The notes under the pieces are model-generated. The model was not told the origin of the DNA and made no database searches. It saw only the letters and a list, made by a program, of their open reading frames with translations. Below are positions 62,201 to 64,000 of a stretch of 64,000 nt of DNA, piece after piece; position 1 is the stretch's first letter; the number at the start of each line of letters is the position of its first letter. The stretch lies in the NCBI GenBank assembly GCA_950097015.1, contig CATNEN010000001.1:2976001-3040000 (forward strand). The letters run 5' to 3'. The translations under genes were made by a program, and so were the position numbers. This stretch comes from Macrostomum hystrix (lineage: Eukaryota; Animalia; Platyhelminthes).

Positions 62201-63925
62201 CTTTGCGCTCGCTACGAAATCGATCCAATCAGCCTGATTGGTCAGGTCGGGCCATGCACCAGATTCCAGATGCTTGTACCGGCCCAGACTCTGCAATTCT
62301 CCATCAATGCCACCAGCGGCGCCGGCCTACTCAGCCGAGACTCGGACATACCCAGCTCTGTCCGGGTAGCCTTCCCGTCCAGCTATTTAGTGGCCGAGCA
62401 TAGGCCCTACGAATTGGAGGACGACATTGGGAAGGACGATCTCACCCAGGGATTGAAATATGTCTCCGGTGGATTCTTGGACGCTCAGGTGGGCCTTTGG
62501 ATTGATGACATTTGAGATTTTACCTGGAGGGATGAGATTTCGAGATTGAATCTAAGGAGGTGAGATTTTGAAGTTGGTCATAGAGGGATGAGATTTCGAG
62601 ATTCAATCTAAGGAGGTGAGATTTTGAAGCTGATCATAGAGGGATGAGATTTCGAGATTAAATCTAAGGAGGTGAGATTTTGAAGCTGGTCATAGAGGGA
62701 TGAGATTTCGAGATTAAATCTAAGGAGGTGAGATTTTGAAGTTGGTCATAGAGGGATGAGATTTCGAGATTAAATCTAAGGAGGTGAGATTTTGAAGTTG
62801 GTCATAGAGGGATGAGATTTCGAGATTCAATCTAAGTAGGTGAGATTTTGAAGTTGGTCATAGAGGGATGAGATTTCGAGATTAAATCTAAGGAGGTGAG
62901 ATTTTGAAGTTGGTCATAGAGGGATGAGATTTCGAGATTAAATCTAAGGAGGTGAGATTTTGAAGCTGATCATAGAGGGATGAGATTTCGAGATTAAATC
63001 TAAGGAGGTGAGATTTTGAAGCTGATCATAGAGGGATGAGATTTCGAGATTAAATCTAAGGAGGTGAGATTTTGAAGTTGGTCATAGAGGGATGAGATTT
63101 CGAGATTAAATCTAAGGAGGTGGGATTTTGAAGTTGGTCATAGAGGGATGAGATTTCGAGATTAAATCTAAGGAGGTGAGATTTTGAAATAGATCAGATT
63201 TTGAGATTCGCCCTAAAAGGCTTTATCTCAAAGGGTTAGATTTTGTAAATTTGACCTGAAAGGATGATATTTTGACATTAGATTTTTGAGATTTGAGATT
63301 ACAGCTAATTATAGCGTTAGGATGAATTAAGGCATGAGATTATAAGTTTTGACGTCAAAGGATGAGATTTGAAGATTTGATCTAACGGAATTAGATTTTG
63401 AGTTTTTTATGAACTGCTAGATTTTTTAAATAACTGCTATTAGTCTGGTTGTAGATGAGATTTTAATTTTAATTTATGAAAATATAATTTATAATGCTGT
63501 GTAAATGCCGCAAATTATATATTCTGTTTGATTGCCCGCAGGCGCGAGTTGACAAGTTTCGTCACACGGTATCAACCAGCGATCTCTACTATCTAATTAT
63601 TGTGGTCAGAGTGTTTATGAAAGAGATCAACGAGATTATACAGAAGATGGCTGGAGACGCTGCGGCAGCTAGTATGAATGAGCTAGACGAGCAGCAGCAG
63701 CAGCAGCAGCAGCAGAATGCTTCGCAAAAGCAACAGGCGCGTTCGCAGCAGCCGCTGCCGCCGCTCATAACGAGCCAGAATTCTTCGTCTAGCGCCGCGC
63801 CCGGTAGCGGCTTCCTCAGCAGTGTACTTTTCAGTTTCAACGCCGTATTCCGAGGCATCCGGATCTCGGCCACTAGTCCGTCATCCTCGGAGATTAAATA
63901 CAAATCCGGAGAGTTCTCCGTGCAG
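42464..63925 (+). CDS. BLTP1: Bridge-like lipid transfer protein family member 1 (BLTP1/KIAA1109/tweek), 5' part; 20 exons, continues beyond the window
   Basis: Exons: 42464-42755, 43638-44367, 44449-44518, 44588-44784, 45213-45761, 46881-47166, 47668-48135, 48968-49471, 50306-50506, 51610-51939, 52368-52721, 53639-53946, 54723-56274, 56477-56765, 57395-58380, 58680-58937, 59156-59734, 60320-61356, 61969-62488, 63542-63925. All introns are GT-AG with consistent phases; total 9894 nt = 3298 codons. N-terminal TM followed by family motifs FNPRVMGLIL, FSGRIKFR, WRELIPVI, YSWDEPG, YGPWADRQRE, KENYFG, QVRGHAMFS..TLEYAWLIEV, FLRLHD..RLWFLW, GWIMFECGLEDL, WNLLST, PLLRLVHQF and IPHHPVMLHDV. Confidence 0.93.
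42790..43555. repeat. 20-bp minisatellite (CAAACGACTCAAATGATTCT) in BLTP1 intron 1
   Basis: Homogeneous core at 42880-43180 with degenerate flanks. Confidence 0.92.
45013..45120 (+). mobile_element. tRNA-derived SINE family B fragment (BLTP1 intron 4)
   Basis: GCGTTTGCCTCTCGCACTAAGGTCCCCGAG...GTGGCTTGTCG is shared with the 47378 copy. Confidence 0.55.
45803..46840. repeat. 35-bp minisatellite (GAGGAATCAATGGGATAAGCGGATTATCTGATCCT) in BLTP1 intron 5
   Basis: About 29 units. The 3' end forms higher-order variant units. Confidence 0.95.
47270..47355 (-). mobile_element. SINE family A 3' tail fragment
   Basis: The reverse complement reads GGGTGTG..CCCCCAGTCCATGGACTGAACAGC..CAGCCTT..TGGCCCAAGTAGGGCAAG, matching the tails at 25080-25190 and 29070-29180. 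Confidence 0.7.
47378..47600 (+). mobile_element. tRNA-derived SINE family B (BLTP1 intron 6)
   Basis: GAGCGGTCTAACG box A-like head. GGCTTGTCG..AATTAACGCC..AGGGCCAACCTCCAAGGCACAGTGAGAGTGTA..CACTGCCTG is shared with the 53437 copy. Confidence 0.65.
48190..48900. repeat. Degenerate pyrimidine-rich low-complexity repeat (TTCTCCCAT/TTCTCCTCT) in BLTP1 intron 7
   Basis: G-poor sense strand with roughly 9-bp periodicity. Confidence 0.8.
49530..50260. repeat. 30-bp minisatellite (TGAGCACACTTGATGATGTCGCATCATAAT) in BLTP1 intron 8
   Basis: About 24 units with direct periodicity. Confidence 0.95.
50755..51470. repeat. 26-bp minisatellite (AAAGTACAAATTACTGAAACTAGGTT) in BLTP1 intron 9
   Basis: About 27 units, with degenerate units upstream from about 50620. 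Confidence 0.95.
52201..52265 (-). mobile_element. tRNA-like SINE head remnant
   Basis: The reverse complement TAGCTGAGTGACTAAGAC...AGGTCGCTGGTTCGAATCTTGCC carries A/B boxes but has no intact cloverleaf. Confidence 0.5.
52840..53430. repeat. 21-bp minisatellite (ATCTAATATTATCCCATTGAT) in BLTP1 intron 11
   Basis: About 28 units. Confidence 0.95.
53437..53575 (+). mobile_element. SINE family B internal fragment
   Basis: GGGCTTGTCTTGCAATTTACGCC..AGGGCCAACCTTCCAAGGCACAGTGAGAGTGTACACTGCCTG is homologous to 47430-47500. Confidence 0.7.
53985..54550. repeat. 24-bp minisatellite (ATTAAGT[C/G]ACTCAT[T/C]TAC[C/T]TGCT[C/T]) in BLTP1 intron 12
   Basis: About 23 units, with alternating variants forming a 48-bp dimer. 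Confidence 0.93.
56770..57270. repeat. 30-bp minisatellite (CGGATTTTCACCTGGATTGATTTTGGGATT) in BLTP1 intron 14
   Basis: About 16 units beginning just after the donor site. Confidence 0.95.
61381..61880. repeat. Compound minisatellite in BLTP1 intron 18: 20-bp TGTGTACTTTTGTCCATTTC followed by 15-bp CGTGTCTACTTCTCT
   Basis: Two abutting arrays (61381-61575 and 61600-61880) sharing a GTGT..ACTT core. Confidence 0.92.
62515..63200. repeat. 56-bp minisatellite (2 x 28-bp subunits) in BLTP1 intron 19
   Basis: GAGGGATGAGATTTCGAGATTAAATCTAAGGAGGTGAGATTTTGAAGTTGGTCATA, about 12 copies, with a degenerate GAGATTT tail to about 63400. Confidence 0.95.
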
Positions 63926-64000
63926 GTAACACGTTTGATTGTTTTTATTTTAGTGAGGCTTGTTGCTACCGGTTGGAGGCAGGAAAACTAAGGGTAATGA

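Overview
Eukaryotic (invertebrate metazoan) genomic DNA with spliceosomal GT-AG introns. The CAG/GGC-rich exons and minisatellite-filled introns resemble Macrostomum-type flatworm genomes; this is inference and the taxon is not established. From left to right: (1) a 37/38-bp satellite (1-2783) and two foldback/MITE-like elements; (2) a minus-strand TMEM127 orthologue whose last intron (18.86 kb) is almost entirely a 25-bp satellite, which also produces the three giant minus-strand ORFs as artefacts; (3) a minus-strand multi-CUB-like gene with a frameshift in every exon and a 15-bp satellite intron; (4) small DNA-transposon derivatives, including a hAT-type MITE with an 8-bp TSD; (5) three closely spaced plus-strand genes: an intronless orphan ORF rich in tyrosine motifs, PARP16 (2 exons), and the first 20 exons (about 3,300 aa) of BLTP1/KIAA1109/tweek, which runs off the window. 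Two tRNA-derived SINE families are scattered through introns. The most notable pattern is that short intron cores (about 70-120 nt) are repeatedly inflated by a different, intron-specific minisatellite, and several of these have splice-signal-related content. No CRISPR array, rRNA or intact tRNA is supported.
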